From the NCBI GenBank assembly GCA_002633005.1, contig NMRA01001020.1:5222-69221 (forward strand): a stretch of DNA of 64,000 nucleotides, written 5' to 3'. The translations under genes were made by a program, and so were the position numbers. Positions 1 to 13,441 of this stretch are shown here, one piece after another. Positions within the stretch are counted from its first letter, which is position 1. Each line of letters opens with the position of its first letter. The notes beneath the pieces were generated by a model. That model had not been told where the DNA came from and did not search any database. It was given only the letters and a program-made list of their open reading frames with translations. This stretch comes from Phoronis australis. Its lineage: Eukaryota; Animalia; Phoronida.

Positions 1-17
1 CGGTGGGAATAGCGAAC

Positions 18-174
18 CTGCCTCCCGTTCAGCAACGCTAGGACCTAGCTTAAAAGCAAGACTTTGCGAGATTACGCGAGATATTGCCGTGTATTTTAAA
101 TACGAGCACGTGACCTTGACTAGCTTTTGGCTAGGTCCTAGCGTAGGTCCTAGCGTCTACTGAACGCATGCCTG
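18..174. mobile_element. MITE (~160 bp, imperfect TIRs CGTTCAG..ACGCTAGGACCT), copy 1 of 3
   Basis: Ends are inverted (cgttcagcaacgctaggacct / aggtcctagcgtctactgaacg). Close copies at 10093-10250 (reverse) and 58325-58505. Confidence 0.75.
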
Positions 175-321
175 GTGAATCAATGGCAACATTGCCTCCC
201 TTTATCACCACTGGTTTTCTTCCTTTCAGTCTGTGTATTCTCAAACCGGCTACCTTGTATCCTTACTCTACAGATACACCTTTTTGCCACCAGATTGTAG
301 AGCAAGAACAGTGGTGAAACC

Positions 322-888
322 GCAGACTATAGTACATGGACCGCCAACTATGTATGTTTTCAATGGACGAAATCTTTGAATTTGTGATCTTACGCATAAG
401 CCGTTACGTCACTATTCAATAGCGACACCTGGCAAAATTAGCAAGGTTTACTTCCGGCAAGTACGTCGTCTGCTAATTATGGTCATTTCGTGTGGATTTG
501 GATATCGATTTTGCATCCGTGTTTTAATGAATTGAACGCTCGTAATGTGTTAACTTTTTAAATGAAGTTCATGTGAATATTCTAGAAATAACAATCAGGC
601 ATACTAAAAAACCAACCTCGCACTTCAACAGCAGTTGACGTTTCATTTTCAGCTCGAATGCACGCCGGAGTCGCTCAAAATTTCTAGACTCTAGGTTTGG
701 AAGACCTTGAGCAACATTTCAATACCGAAATTCTTTTTTTTTCGCTGTACTAGACAGTAAAATAGACGCTAAAATTTCCCGTTACAATACACTAAACGGA
801 AACTGAAATTGGTAATTTAGGAAGAGAGTGGCGCCCCCCCTAGGACAGTACGCGAGAAAATGTCGGAGCTGCGAATCTGCTATCTATA
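322..888 (+). mobile_element. Internally deleted non-autonomous P-superfamily element, short relative of 31271-34270
   Basis: 5' part (agactatagtacatggaccgccaac...aagtacgtcgtctgctaat) matches 31274-31420. 3' part (tttcaataccgaaatt...gcgaatctg.t.tctata) matches 34093-34263. The internal cargo is absent. Confidence 0.7.
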
Positions 889-3800
889 GCGTAACACATT
901 CTAGTTATTGTACTTACTTAGCAATTAACATAACTAAAGTGATCTTGCAAAATATAGCTAATCTAATTCACTGTGAGGTGCTTTATTCAAACCGAACATC
1001 TACATTGTAGTCGTTTTTCTGATCGAGACATGTACAGATGTAGTGCATGCGAGCCCGCCATTTGACGAAATGGGCAAAAAGATCCACCTCAGAGAAACAA
1101 AAACTCCTAAAAAAGTAGAAAACGAGAGACAAAAGTGCAATAAAAAGGCAGGAAGTACCAGAATGCACAATTCAGAGCTTTGAACTTAACCCGTGAATCT
1201 TAGTAAAAGGTCCACATTCTCAAAAATTCGATCCCCCAATTTTTATGCTGGGTGCGCAAAGGTAGTGAAATAGATATTTTAAGTTTGGATCTATTTTGAC
1301 ATGGCAACAAATGGCTCACTCAGTGAATTTGGCGACAGTGTCAGTTTCTCTTTTGTTAAGTGGTGGGTATATGCGTGCCCAGATTTCAGTAAAACTCTTG
1401 TCATTTTGCAGGATGGGTAACGAGTATGTGCGACACTCACAAACGTTTTCCCTGAGTCTTTAAAAGAGACAAAGTTATCTACTTCTTGACAAATAGGGAA
1501 CTGACAGAACACGACACAAGTCCTTTACGATGAGGAGCCCCGGTAAAAATGTCCTTTCAAGTGCACATGAGAAGCAAGAGAGAAACCTTATGACCCGTTG
1601 CAAAACTTCAGTTAACCCCACGCGAACTTAAAATCCTTGCACTTTATCTCAAAAAGCAATCTAGTTCAAAAACTTAAAAATGTATATTTAACATGGCATA
1701 ATGTTGAGATCCTTTCTGCTATCAAACTAAATACCTTTTTGAGCACAATTTTGTACCGCGACCGAGATCAGAAAATCATTGACTATTCCAGTCATTTCCG
1801 TGATCTGAATCCCTGTGCTTCAGTTCAGGAACGATTCCTGAATGACGGTCATGTTGTCCATAAAACGTAGCACAGTGGTGCAACAAAAATGCGAAAATTT
1901 GATGGTTTCCGAACCATAAACTAGCCAAAAATTCCGAGGAGACAGTTTTCTGTGAAGAAGTTAGATATCTTAAAACCAGTTCAGGCATTGACCATTCCAC
2001 CTAAGAGTAAAACTAAGCTATATTTAAAAAAAATCCGTAACAGGTCACGTTACCGCATCTGCCTGACTTTTTCATGCAGTGACTCTTAAAAGCAAAAGAA
2101 CTAAATCCATGTTTATGAGTATGAAAGCTGGGTTGTAAGTTTCGGTAGAACGTTGATTGATCTTCTGAAAAAGCATACTCACTTCGCTGTTGATGCGCTG
2201 CAAAGACGTCGTTGAAGTTGTGGTTGTTTCGATCGATAGTCTTGCTATCTCTTTGTGCCACCTATGAATAGAATGATTGAAACAACAATCAAATCCTGTG
2301 CAATTCAAAATCAGCTTCAGTTGTTCCAGGTATGGTAACCTTAACACCAGGTTAAGAACGTGTTGAATTTTGTCTTCCCAGTTCGCTATTTTTAATGATT
2401 TGAGCCCAGACTTCCAATGCGTCCAAAAAACCCTAAGTTTTTACATTCCCGAAAACGGCAATAAGTCTCCTTTCTCTTCATTACTTCACGTGCTTCATCG
2501 TTTACTGAAAGAATGACGTTAAGGGAGCCGTGTGAGCGAAAGTTTATGCAATTTTTTTGTCAGCGAAACCGCTCGAATTTGGGCTAAATGCTGTTCGTTC
2601 AATGCCGGCTTGACTATAACAACGAGAACATCGTGGAATTTAACCAAGACAATTACAAACAGGACGAGAAGCTCCAAGTGAGTAAAGATTTCTTCCTGTG
2701 ACAGGAATTCGAGCTTCTCCAGATATTCCTTGGTGTTATTTCTATTAGAATTTCCTAAATATCGAAGACTCACAATCGCAAATGACAAAGGGCGGCTCTG
2801 GAACCAGAAGAAACAAGTGCCGGATATTCTAGATCACTGGCATTAAAATAAGTGGAGGCACATCCTTATCTTCTAAACAGTACCACCGTCTCAATTGGCT
2901 CAAACAGAGACGATGACCATCCCTAGTAGGCCCTGCGTTAATTTGTGTCTCACAGTAATTAAGCCGTCAAAGACATTTTGCTACAAGCACCTTTTGCTCC
3001 CGTCATGGAGGTACAGCTAAGAAGGCCGCTGATATCTTGATCTCTTCCCAGCTCGAACAAATTAATACTCCTGCAATCAATTTTTTTGAAAGACTTCTTT
3101 GAATTGTCAAAATCTGCAGCACAACATTTTTACACTGCTCGCCAAGGTATATGACATCATGTCATGAGTAGCTTTTTGTTTTGACTGCATCGCCATGCAT
3201 CGCATCGCATAGGGGTGACCTCGGGGAGAGCCAGTCGATAACCTGCTACGCTGTACCAGTGACGATTGCAAGTTCTGGGAACGTGGCTGCCAGGGTCACT
3301 AGTCTCGTAATTGGATAAAATTGTACATATCAAGTATTTTGTAGATGAATGAACTGACGAGTGGGAAGAAATCTTAATTAACCAAGATTGTGTTTGAGTT
3401 GCAATGCTCTTCATTTCGACGTACTCCATAGGTGTCCCTTGAGAAGTAATTATGGCATCTTAACTAGTATGACTGTTTGGTCAGTTTGAGGCAAAAATGC
3501 CTGTCGGATTACATCCGTTTCTCAGTTGAAAGCTTTGCGGCCGTAATTCTGCCTAATATTGAAATTGCTTCTGGACTATCCCGACATCTCGAAACATAAT
3601 CCGTCGTTTGAGCGAACGTTTTTTCATAGCATTACGACTGTCAAAGCAATGGAAAATCCTGAATATATTACTAATTTCAAACTCTGTTCATTGATTAACA
3701 CTTAAGGTTTTGCATGTTGAAGAATTAGAGGAACAAACGAACAAGCTTACATCGTGTTTTCTGAACCTGGGGCCAGATCTTCGAGTGTTCTGCGTACTTC

Positions 3801-4127
3801 CTTCCTTACGGAGTTGGTATTTTGATTCGTTTCCATTTTCACTTACGAAGTTATTCCCGAAACAGAAAGATGAACAATGCTTAAGAGTGTGTGTCGTAGC
3901 GTGGACCTGTAAAATAAATGGATACTTCTCACCGGTCGCTTTCGGGTGGAAGTCCCTATCTAATGGCAACCAAAGACGGACCCCCTTTGTTAATTTCATA
4001 ACTTCATACATCATATATTTCTACTTTGACAACAATATAAGTAACGAATATATACTTTTTTTATAAAAGCACGTCATCGTCTATATTTTCAGCGGACGAA
4101 GAGGGTGGCAATAGCTGTTTGTACACG

Positions 4128-5204
4128 CAGGCGTTCGAATTTCCCGATGACTCATAAAACATAAAGGTTGGACAATAAAACTTTGCCGAGCCGAGGCTCC
4201 CAACTTCAACAGTCCCGAATCCTAATAAAATCTCCGTGCATCTTTCTCACACTGGTACTGCATAAACGTTCAATGCCTTATCTTTCCTTGATTCCATTAC
4301 ACTATCCCTGTGAGTTGTGAATTAAGGACGAAATTTTCCAAAACAAACTCAAAACTCTGAATTCAAGGACCTAAAATAGTTAGCATGGCAGATTTCAGTT
4401 GTGCTTTAACTTCTGAGCCAATCAAAGATAAAATTTCGAGTTTGAGAAAGCAACCCCTGTGTCAAAGTCAAGAAATTTATCCCTAATTTCAATGACTGCA
4501 GCTGGTTATTGAAATTAACCTTCCGCTTACGTGCAATTTGTTTATTCTTATAGCTAATTTTAACCCTTAACCTACAATTTAATCGCCAGAACCGGCGAAT
4601 ATCGTGTTTGATCTTGACATAGTGAGCTACTCTTTGTTGAAGCACAACGGACGACTCGGTTTTTGGCGGATATTAACCGATGTCTGACTACATGCATGTT
4701 TAGTCGCGGTAAATCATCGTCGGTAAATGCCGGATTTCGCAGTAAGCCAGAGATAGAAGCCAGCAACCGGGGTATCACGATTATAAACAATGTTGTTTAG
4801 CATAACCAGAGTTTAATTACATTCAAACTGATACATGTACCAATTTATGTGGAGGTTGCTCAAATAACATTCGTGGGTGCTCGAAAACAGAGCTCCGGAA
4901 GCGTCCGCCTCGGATGCTCGAAGGTCGTCTGCCATGAATGTCTTACGTCACAAAATAAGGCCGTTGAATTTATGATTTTGGCGTTCTTTAACATTTTTTG
5001 TCGTCAAGTCACCACTCCAAGGCAATTTGAAGTCATCAAATGAAAGCAAGTATTCAAAGATTTGTTCGATACTAGATTCGTAGAGTTCTATGCACATTTG
5101 AGTAGAAAATTCTGAGCAAACAGATTTCGAGTGTCCAACCTTTATGTTTTCTTATTGAGTGACGTCAGAGGTGATCGGGGAACAAATAAACTCAAGCACT
5201 TGTA
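4128..5204. mobile_element. Non-autonomous inverted-repeat DNA element inserted in duplication copy A only
   Basis: Absent from the paralogous site at ~12605-12612. Subterminal inverted repeat aaaacataaaggttggaca (~4156) / tgtccaacctttatgtttt (~5133). Exact ends uncertain. Confidence 0.55.
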
Positions 5205-6280
5205 TCTGTACAGTGAATCATATCATAACTTTACCGTGTCAGCCAGCGGAAAACGTAAGTCCCTTCATAGCCTATCATGGTCTGCACTTTAAAATCTTAA
5301 AAGCGTGCATCGCCATGCACCCGCGCCTCGTGAGTATTATATTTACGTCACTCAAGCAAGAATAAGACAAAAGCATTTGATGTGGCAGCCAATACTCAGC
5401 TCTTAAACAGAGCTGAAGGCCTACCGGGCCACTTGGTGAGGTGAAATTGATACAAGCCAAAAAATTGGAAGGGGCATTCTTGTTCGGTGTCCTAGAATTA
5501 ACCACCTTTGATACGTTGAGAAAACCGCAAACGGTCTTAAGGGTTATATTTCGCCTCTTTTTACCTTCCTCTAACAACAATGATTACCAAATCGTATGCC
5601 GTTTTCTATCTTTAGTTTTTTACCTTATGATGTCACGTACTGGGCAGAATGCCAGCCAATGAGCACAGTGAATCTTTTAGTTCAGGAGTTCACCGGTGGG
5701 TTAAAACTACAAATGACAAGTGGACAATAAAAAGTCGAATCTTTGAGTGAATAAGTTCTTTCGAAGGGCTTGATTTCCACTTCTATTCGATGTACTATTT
5801 TTTAAGGTAAATGTGTTCGTGCGATACCAATATCGTCGTGTTTGACTTGCAATTTGAGTGTGATGTGCATTGCACTTGATTCTAGACTTTCACTGTCTGA
5901 GAACTTTCAACCCTGTTTAAGGGTTGGTTTACCGACAAACTTCAACCGTGTTTAAAGTCCTCGTAGCAATTTTTTTTAACCTGTATTCAAGCGGTAAGTA
6001 GTAATCGAACAAAGTTTAATAAACGCGCCACTCATGAATCCGACCCGAAAACAGACCGCCATTTTGAACTAAACGCGAAACCGGAACTATAACAGAGGCA
6101 TGGTCAACACATGCTCTGCCACAAGGGTAGCCATTTTGGAGTCCATGTTCTTCCACCTACTCATGGTCACTACTATATAATTTGTACATTTATACCACAA
6201 CATTAGCGTCAAATGGCAAATACAACCGTGTAATAACCCATAAAGTTATCTCACTAGTGAGATATCGATTTGGCGGGAAA

Positions 6281-6350
6281 CCTAGGAAGGGGTCGAACCC
6301 GGGACCCTAATATTGCTAGTCGCCGACTTTACAACTACACCACGCAGCGA
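6281..6350 (-). mobile_element. tRNA-derived SINE head or tRNA-like pseudogene
   Basis: Minus strand reads gctgcgtggtgtagttgtaaag...ccgggttcgacccc, i.e. Pol III A-box and B-box spacing. No clean cloverleaf. Confidence 0.45.
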
Positions 6351-6766
6351 CTGACGTCATCAAGATTGAAAATAGAATACTTAAATGAGCACGCGCAATA
6401 ATCGCACGTTCAACAAACCACATTGTACTGTACTTATACGCAACGAAAAATAAGACACATAATTTCCATAAAAATGATATCTTAATTCGGTGAAATTTTT
6501 CTCTCATGTCCTCTTACTTATAAATCACCGATCTCTAGTTTGAATGCGGGTATCGTCTCGTCAGGATCTTTGACTTGAGAATTATATTCAGTTACCAGTG
6601 GTAACCTACTTTAGCAGACGATAATTTCCCGGTCGAAGCTTAGCGTGTAAAAAACGTGTTTTAAGCTATAATAGTTGCTTAACCTTAATTTAGAGATTCA
6701 CTTCATTTCTATTTTTTTNAGGTAGATCGATTCATTGCAATGTTTCTCGTTTAGTATGTGGTATAA

Positions 6767-6930
6767 ATAGATTATTACATGTTCTCAGTCGTTATCCCCC
6801 TTATCTAGAGCCCTCGTGGATTTTGTAGAATTATAACCCTCGGGGCTAACGCCCCTCGGGCGATAATTCTCCAAAATCCACTCGGGCTCTAGATAACGGG
6901 GGATAACGTCTTCGCCATGTAATAATCTAT
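6767..6930. mobile_element. Hairpin (foldback) MITE, 164 bp
   Basis: Almost the whole length is an imperfect palindrome: atagattattacatg...ttatctagagccc...gggctctagataa...catgtaataatctat. Confidence 0.75.
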
Positions 6931-7019
6931 ATGTATACGTTGGATAAGAAGCTGACACCCAAAGAACTCAGCGAGACGCGCAAATCTTTCTCTGAAAACT
7001 TTGGACTAAAGTCATAACA

Positions 7020-7500
7020 AATTTAGCCCATAAACCAGGAATCATACCGTAATTACGTCAATAGTGGTATCATTTTTAAATACTTCATAATATATTTGAT
7101 CAATTCCCACTGCTTTTTTATATTTCAATTTCATCACTACTCGCTTAACTTCACCGTGAGTAATGTTTTTATTCAAAATACTACTTTCATCTTTATTTAA
7201 TTATTCGGGATTTTCTGATGAAACTGTTCTTTTGTTGACTGATTGTTTATGCACTTCTGTTGTTTTTGTTTCTTTCTTTGTTCATTTCCCATACCAGTGT
7301 TTTACGAGCGTAATCGTTGTATCCAATGGAAGATTCGGTCGAAGGACATGTGAGCTCCGCAAAAGCTGTACGTACGTAAATTTCCGCGCGCCAACCAACA
7401 AGCGGAACACGACGGACGCAACCCGACGACTGTAAATATTCCATGCGTTAGCATATCATCCAACAACTTTCAACGCCCATGCTCCTTGCTCTTAAATGGA
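7020..7500 (-). pseudogene. Degenerate non-LTR retrotransposon (LINE) ORF2 fragment, linker and RT domain 0
   Basis: The paralog at 14005-14110 translates ILNKNITHDEVKRVVMKLKYSKAVGIDQ, a typical pre-RT 'KAPG.D' region. A further copy of the upstream part lies at 25320-25610. Confidence 0.55.
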
Positions 7501-7559
7501 TGTTTTTTCCACGCATTTATTATCATTGATAAACAAGTACAAAAACAAACCAACAATTA

Positions 7560-8955
7560 AGCACATCCATCTATTCACGCATGCACAACTCAGGAGAGAC
7601 CATTTTCGTATCTCCTACAAAGTAAACAACTGCTACATGGAGTTAACGTGAACAATGAACTTTTCCCATTTCGCAGAGAAGCTGTCATACAGAAAGTTTT
7701 TATATGCAATTAATTTTTCAGCATTATAGTACTTATCAGTATATGTAACGAACTTGTGAAAATTAGGTATATTTTTGTGACATCTCTCCTTGTAAATGTA
7801 CTGTTTGGCTAGTAGAAGCAAAATATTAAATAGAAAATCGTGCGTCTCATAAAGTCCAAGAATAACACGTTCGAGACAGTTGGGAAGCTGAATGCGACAC
7901 TTTTGAAGTAGCTTTTCGAATTCCTTCCAGAAATCGTGTACAAGGCTACATTCCCAAAAAGGATGTGACATCGTCTCTGGAGCTTTATTACAAAAGGAAC
8001 ATAAATTAGAATCCCGAACACGGATTTTCACTAAAACGGCATTTGTTGCAATAATCCTGTGTGGTATTCTAAATTGGAACCATCTAATGTTGGGATCCTT
8101 TGTAGTTTCATAAGTCAATGCGTATATTTTCTTCCAATCTAAACTATCTCCTAACTCTAGTTAACATTTACACTCTGACATAGAAGGTTTCTTAACGTCA
8201 TTAAAGACCGAACAAATATGTCTACCACCAAATATGTCTACTACCAAATCTTTCCGTAAGTGAGTAATTGCTAAAGGCATGCAAGGAGAGTAGACATAAA
8301 CACTTTTAAATTTAATATGAAATAGACTTTTTTGAAGCCTTCTACAAAGTTGGTTTTCACATCGAACGTATTTTTCACATGGTTCAAACTAACTAAATCA
8401 CCATCAGAGGTATGCATATCTATAATAAATCTTAAGCCTTTTACAAACCAAGGCTTAAAACAATACCAGTGCCTCCGACCGCCAAGTTACTATTAAACCA
8501 CAAAGGTTGATTCAAAAGTCCTCTTTACTCGCTACAATTATTGTCTTGTAGAAAGGCGTCATACTTCCAATTACGTCGCGCCAGTAGGAATTACCAACTT
8601 GAGTTAACTTCGACTTAATAAATTCATCTCCAAATGAAGCAAAATTCTTTAAGAACGGATACAGTGAGTACAGTCATTCACCACTTATAGACTCAGGGCT
8701 TTCAAGATATCTACGGGCCATGGCGAGTGTTAAAGCTTTGCTGAAAGTATACATATTAACCATTTGAAATCCTCCTCGATCAAGTCCTAAACTGGCCGTA
8801 GTTCGTTTAACTTCATCATTAGGAGCCTGTCATACAAATCTAAAAAACGTCGTATTCAGTTCATCCAAGATTTTACTGCTGGATTTAATAAACTTGACAA
8901 CAAAAAATTAAATTTAGAAATAGCTAATGTTTTAATTACAGTTACTGTACCAATA
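7560..8955 (-). mobile_element. 5'-truncated L1/Tx1-clade LINE, ORF2 C-terminus with zf-RVT, disrupted
   Basis: ORF 7633-8118: RWFQFRIPHRIIATN...CSFC...ETMSHPFWEC..V..FW (zf-RVT CCHC). Upstream fragments VTVIKTLAISK and RGGF are typical of the L1/Tx1 post-RT region. Frameshifts present. Confidence 0.85.
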
Positions 8956-9631
8956 GTCTAGTCGAAAAAGGGCCCCCGTGCACCCCCCGGACTTCAAGAT
9001 TTCTTCCTGTGACAGGAATTCGAGCTTCTCTAGATATTCCTTGGTGTTATTTCTAACAGAATTTCCTAAATACCGAAGACTCACAATCGCAAATGACCAA
9101 GAGCGGCTTTGGAATGTGCTCGATATTCTAGGAGATTACTGTTATTGAAATAAGTGGCAACACATTCTAATCTTCTAGACAGTACCGCCGTCTCAATTGG
9201 CTTCAAGAGAGACGACGGCCATCCCTAATAGACCCTGCATTCGACGGAGATATTTCGGTAATTTATATCTCACAGTGATTATGCTGTCAAATTCATTTTG
9301 CTACAAGCACATTTTGCTCATGGAGGTACAGCTAAGATGGCCGCTGATATCTTGATCTCTTCCCAACAGATACTCCTGCTATCAAATTTTTTTCGAACAG
9401 TCAATCTTTGAGTTGTCCAAAATCTGCACCAGATCATTTTTACACAGCTCGCCAAGGTAAATGACATCATATCTGTACTAGCTTTTTCTTGCGACTGCAT
9501 CGTCATGCATTGCATATGAGCATCTCATTGGGGTGACCTCGGCGAGAGCCAGTCGATAACCTGCTACACTGCTGGCCCGTGAGGATTGCAAGTTCTGGAA
9601 ACTTGGCCGCCAGGGTCGCTAGTCTCGTAAT

Positions 9632-11776
9632 AGCGGAGTTGCAACCGAATCGATTTAACGATTGCGCATGTCCGGAAATTAGGGTACGCAAAGGCTATTG
9701 GGATTGATTAGGGTAAATGGAATGGCCGACTGGTTTGCACGACGTGTGATTTGTGTGCATTAAACTACGCTGCTGCATGTAATTCTGCCGCTATTCGCCC
9801 TAATAAGCGCCCATGCCCCAACAAGTGCCCCAACGTGTTTTCATACTTTGCTAAAGTAAGCGCCCAGCCCATAAACTACATGTGAAAAATGGCCTTACCT
9901 ACAGTCTCCAATTTATCAATTGAAAGATCCGACAGTTCTGAATTTGTAGACCACGAGCCTCACCGTTATGTCCGTGTACACTTCAAACTTAGGCCGCGAT
10001 TCAAAAAGAACGCAGAAGTTTTGCTGCTCTTGCGAGGGATGTGCCCCACTACGCGGGTCTGGACATTGAAAGAGACGCAGCGTACTTGTCAGCAGGCGTG
10101 CGTTCAGTAGACGCTAGGACCTATGCTAGGACCTAGCTAAAACCTAGTCAAAGTCACGTGCTCTCATTTAAAATGCACGGCAATATCTCACGTAATCTCG
10201 CGAAGTCTTGCTTTTTAGCGAGGTCCTAGCGTTACTGAACGGGAGGCGGGATTGCATTGTTTCTTTCCGGTACAGATCTTCTCCGACCTCAACAGGAATC
10301 CAAACTTCTTTGAACACGTGAAAACAGTGAATCGAAGACTAATAAAAAAAATTCGACCAGTGTTAGCACGCGGCCAAGAAGCGCGCGCTGGATAATGTAC
10401 CGGCTGTCATCGAAGACATTTAGTCGGGAACTATCTATTCATGAAACAGGTAACATAGCGTCGGCAAATAAATATTGGCACTAATTTCCGAAAGTTTGTA
10501 TTACCGTAAAAAACTTTTGCATAATTTTTAAGAGAAATTACTTAACTAATCATAATTGGTGTTTTTAACGTCAAAATGACCCACTGATAGTGAATACATT
10601 CGCACTCTTACACCCCAAATCTTCCGGAAAATAGCTGTTACACTACGGTCACGCATCCACTCACCCGGCGACTCAATGAGTGACATATCGGTCTTACAGA
10701 AAAAATTCTCGAACGTTTTTTAGCAGATGAAGCCAGCAAATGCTAAGCTAAATATTAAAACACGCTCTGCTTGACTGCTTGAGTTAATTTCTTTGAATAC
10801 AATGCACACCTAGATCATTACATCGCATTTACTCTGGCAAAGGAACTCTGATGACAAGCACACGCACGCTTACTCTCACACACACGCACACAAACTTCAA
10901 AACAAACGTCACGTGACAACAACATATGTGTTCCTCCAGAGATTTTTCTCGTGTTGCGGGCTACAATCTAGCGCAGATTTGGACTTAATCTGCAGTTAAT
11001 CCAGACTCCACAAGAACTTAAAAATCTTAGAGACGCTATTTGGAAAACTTGAGGATGATTTCAGGTAATTTGTTGAGACCAAGCTGTATTTTTATTCAAG
11101 AAGTCAAGCCCTATCGACGATTGCGAGACCGGCAGCTACGCATTTGTCGGCAAGAGTTCGCCCTGGGACTTCAACACAATTTTATGAAAAATGATCGTAA
11201 TTTAACAACGAATTTGATAGCAATGCACCACAATTTTGTAGAAAGTAAATAATAATATTCTGCACGCTTTATCATAGCATATAGTGTGCGTACGTTAAGT
11301 GAGTTGACCCAGAACAATTGATTGTGCAGAGGCATTTTCATCAAAATTGCTCTTGTTGGCTTGGTTCTGGTCAAGCGAAAACAATGTTTTTTCACTACCA
11401 ACCGCCGTGGAGTATTTGTTATTGTTTCTTAGAAGGGAAATATTGTTGGGCAGTTTCCAAGACACGTTTTCGTGCCGCCCTCAAAATGAGCGCTGCATAC
11501 TTTATGCTACGAAGTCGGAAAGAAGTCACGAAGTCGGCCTTTGCTACCAGCTCTACCGATGTCTCTGACCCACGTTTAACGCAGTTCTTGATCCTTGGTA
11601 AACAGGTAGTAACTAAATTTTTTATCTCGATAACTGGTATAATTAGCATGCCAGGCACAGAACACGTATAACCTCCCTGTGGCCGGTTCGCCCGCTTGCC
11701 GACGTACTTGTTTACCGGCTTAACCACAATGCAACATTCTGACCCTTTTCCAATATGACGGCGTTGCAACTCCGCT
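9632..11776 (-). mobile_element. Non-autonomous ISL2EU-like (PIF/Harbinger-related) DNA transposon with THAP remnant
   Basis: Perfect 14-bp TIR AGCGGAGTTGCAAC / GTTGCAACTCCGCT. The empty site at 3301-3320 (gtctcgtaattggata) implies an AT TSD. Minus strand ~11680-11425 gives a frameshifted THAP (CSVPG..YLFTKDQELR.TW...KVCSAHFEGG...PTIFP). Confidence 0.8.
10093..10250. mobile_element. MITE copy 2 (family of 18-174), nested in the ISL2EU-like element
   Basis: Reverse-complement match to 18-174. Confidence 0.75.
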
Positions 11777-13099
11777 ATTGGATAAAATGATACATATCAA
11801 CGATTTTGTAGACGAATGAACTGATGAGCGGGAAGAAATCTTAATTAACCAAGATTGTGTCTGAGTTGCAAGGCTGTAGATATCGACGTACATGTACACC
11901 ATAGCTGTTCCTCGAGAAATAATAATGTCAGTTTGACTATGACTGTTTGGTCAGTTTGAGGCAAAACTTCCTGTGTATAGAACGCCTGTAGGATGACCAC
12001 CGTCACTCAGTTGAACTCAGCTTTGCGGCCGTAATTCTGTCAAATATTGAAATTGATTCTAGGCTATCCCGACATCTCGAAACATAATCCGCCGTTAGAG
12101 CGAACGTTTTTTTATAGCATCAAGACTGCCAAAGCTATGGAAAATCATGAATACATTACTAATTTCAAACTCTGCTCATTGGTTAACACTTAAGGTTTTG
12201 CAATTTGAAGAATTTGAGAAACAAACAAACAAGCTTACATCGTGTTTTCTGAACCCGGGGCCAGATCATCGTTTATTGTGCGTACTTCTTTCGTTACGGA
12301 GTCGGCACTTTGATGTGCGTCCATTTTCACTTATGAAGTTAATTCCGAAACAGAAAGATAAACAATGCTCAAGAGTGTGTCGTAGCGCGGGTCTGTAAAA
12401 TACATGGATACTGCTCACCGATCGCTTTCGGGCGGAAGTCTTTATGTAATGTCAACCGAAGACGGCCGCCCTATGTTAATATAATAACTTCATACGTCAT
12501 ATATTTCTATTTTGACAACTATGTAAGTAACGAATGTAAACTCTTTTTTATAAAAGCACGTCATCGTCCATATTTTCGGGGGACGGACAGGGTGGCAATA
12601 CCTGTCTGTACAGTGAATCATATTATAACTTTACCGTGTCAGCCAGCGGAAAACGTAAGTCACTCCATGGCCTATCATGGTCTGCGCTTCAAAATTTTAA
12701 AAGCGTGAATCGCCTATGCACTTGCGCCTCGTGAGTATTTTATTTACGTCACTCAAGTAAAAATAAGACAAAAGCATTTGATGCAGCAGGCAAAACTCAT
12801 CTCTTAAACAGAGCCGAAGGTCCACCGGGCCACTTGGTGAAGTGAAATGGATACAAGCCAAAACTGAGAGGGACATTCTTGTTCGGTGTCGTAGAACTAA
12901 CCATGTCAAATTCCCTTGATACGTTTAGAAAACCGCAAACGGTCTTACCGTTACATTTCGCCAAATTGTCTGCCGTTTTCTACCCTTAGTTTTTTACCTC
13001 ATGATGTCATGTACTGGTCCGAATTCCACCCAATGAACACAGTGAATGCTTTAGTTCAGGAGTTCACGTACATGTACTCAATACACTACTATATAATTT

Positions 13100-13257
13100 G
13101 CAAGGGAAGATCTAGGATTTTTAGTTGGGGGTCAGGGGAGAGAATTAGCCAGGATTTTGCTCGTCAGACATTTGCACCCCCCCAATTGCCAAATGGAATC
13201 TGGCAGAGTTTGGGGGGGGGGCACGGCCCCCTTGGCCCCCTTCTAAATCCGCCACTG
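13100..13257. mobile_element. Short MITE of the CAGTGGCGGAT(C/T)TAG family
   Basis: Ends caagggaagatctagg / ctaaatccgccactg with G/C-run subterminal tracts. Confidence 0.6.
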
Positions 13258-13441
13258 TTTTGTACATACTACACGTTGGACAAGAAGCTGACACCCACAG
13301 AACTCAGCGAGGCGCGCGAATCCTGCTCTGACAAATTTGGAATAATGTCATAATAAATTTAACCAGGAATCATACCGTCATTACCAAAGACCACTGCATT
13401 TCGAACAAGTAAGTCAAAAGGTCAATAGTAGTAGCATGTTT

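Larger units (their letters stand above)
2685..7180. repeat. Local segmental duplication, copy A (partner 8996-14110), of decayed sequence
   Basis: Colinear similarity: 2685-3310~8996-9630, 3310-4125~11779-12610, 5205-5692~12605-13067, 6935-7180~13270-14110. Each copy has its own insertions. Confidence 0.85.

Noticed and set aside
1290-5660. Ankyrin-repeat/SOCS-box gene call
   Set aside because: Only short, weak motif resemblances, on both strands; not enough to name.
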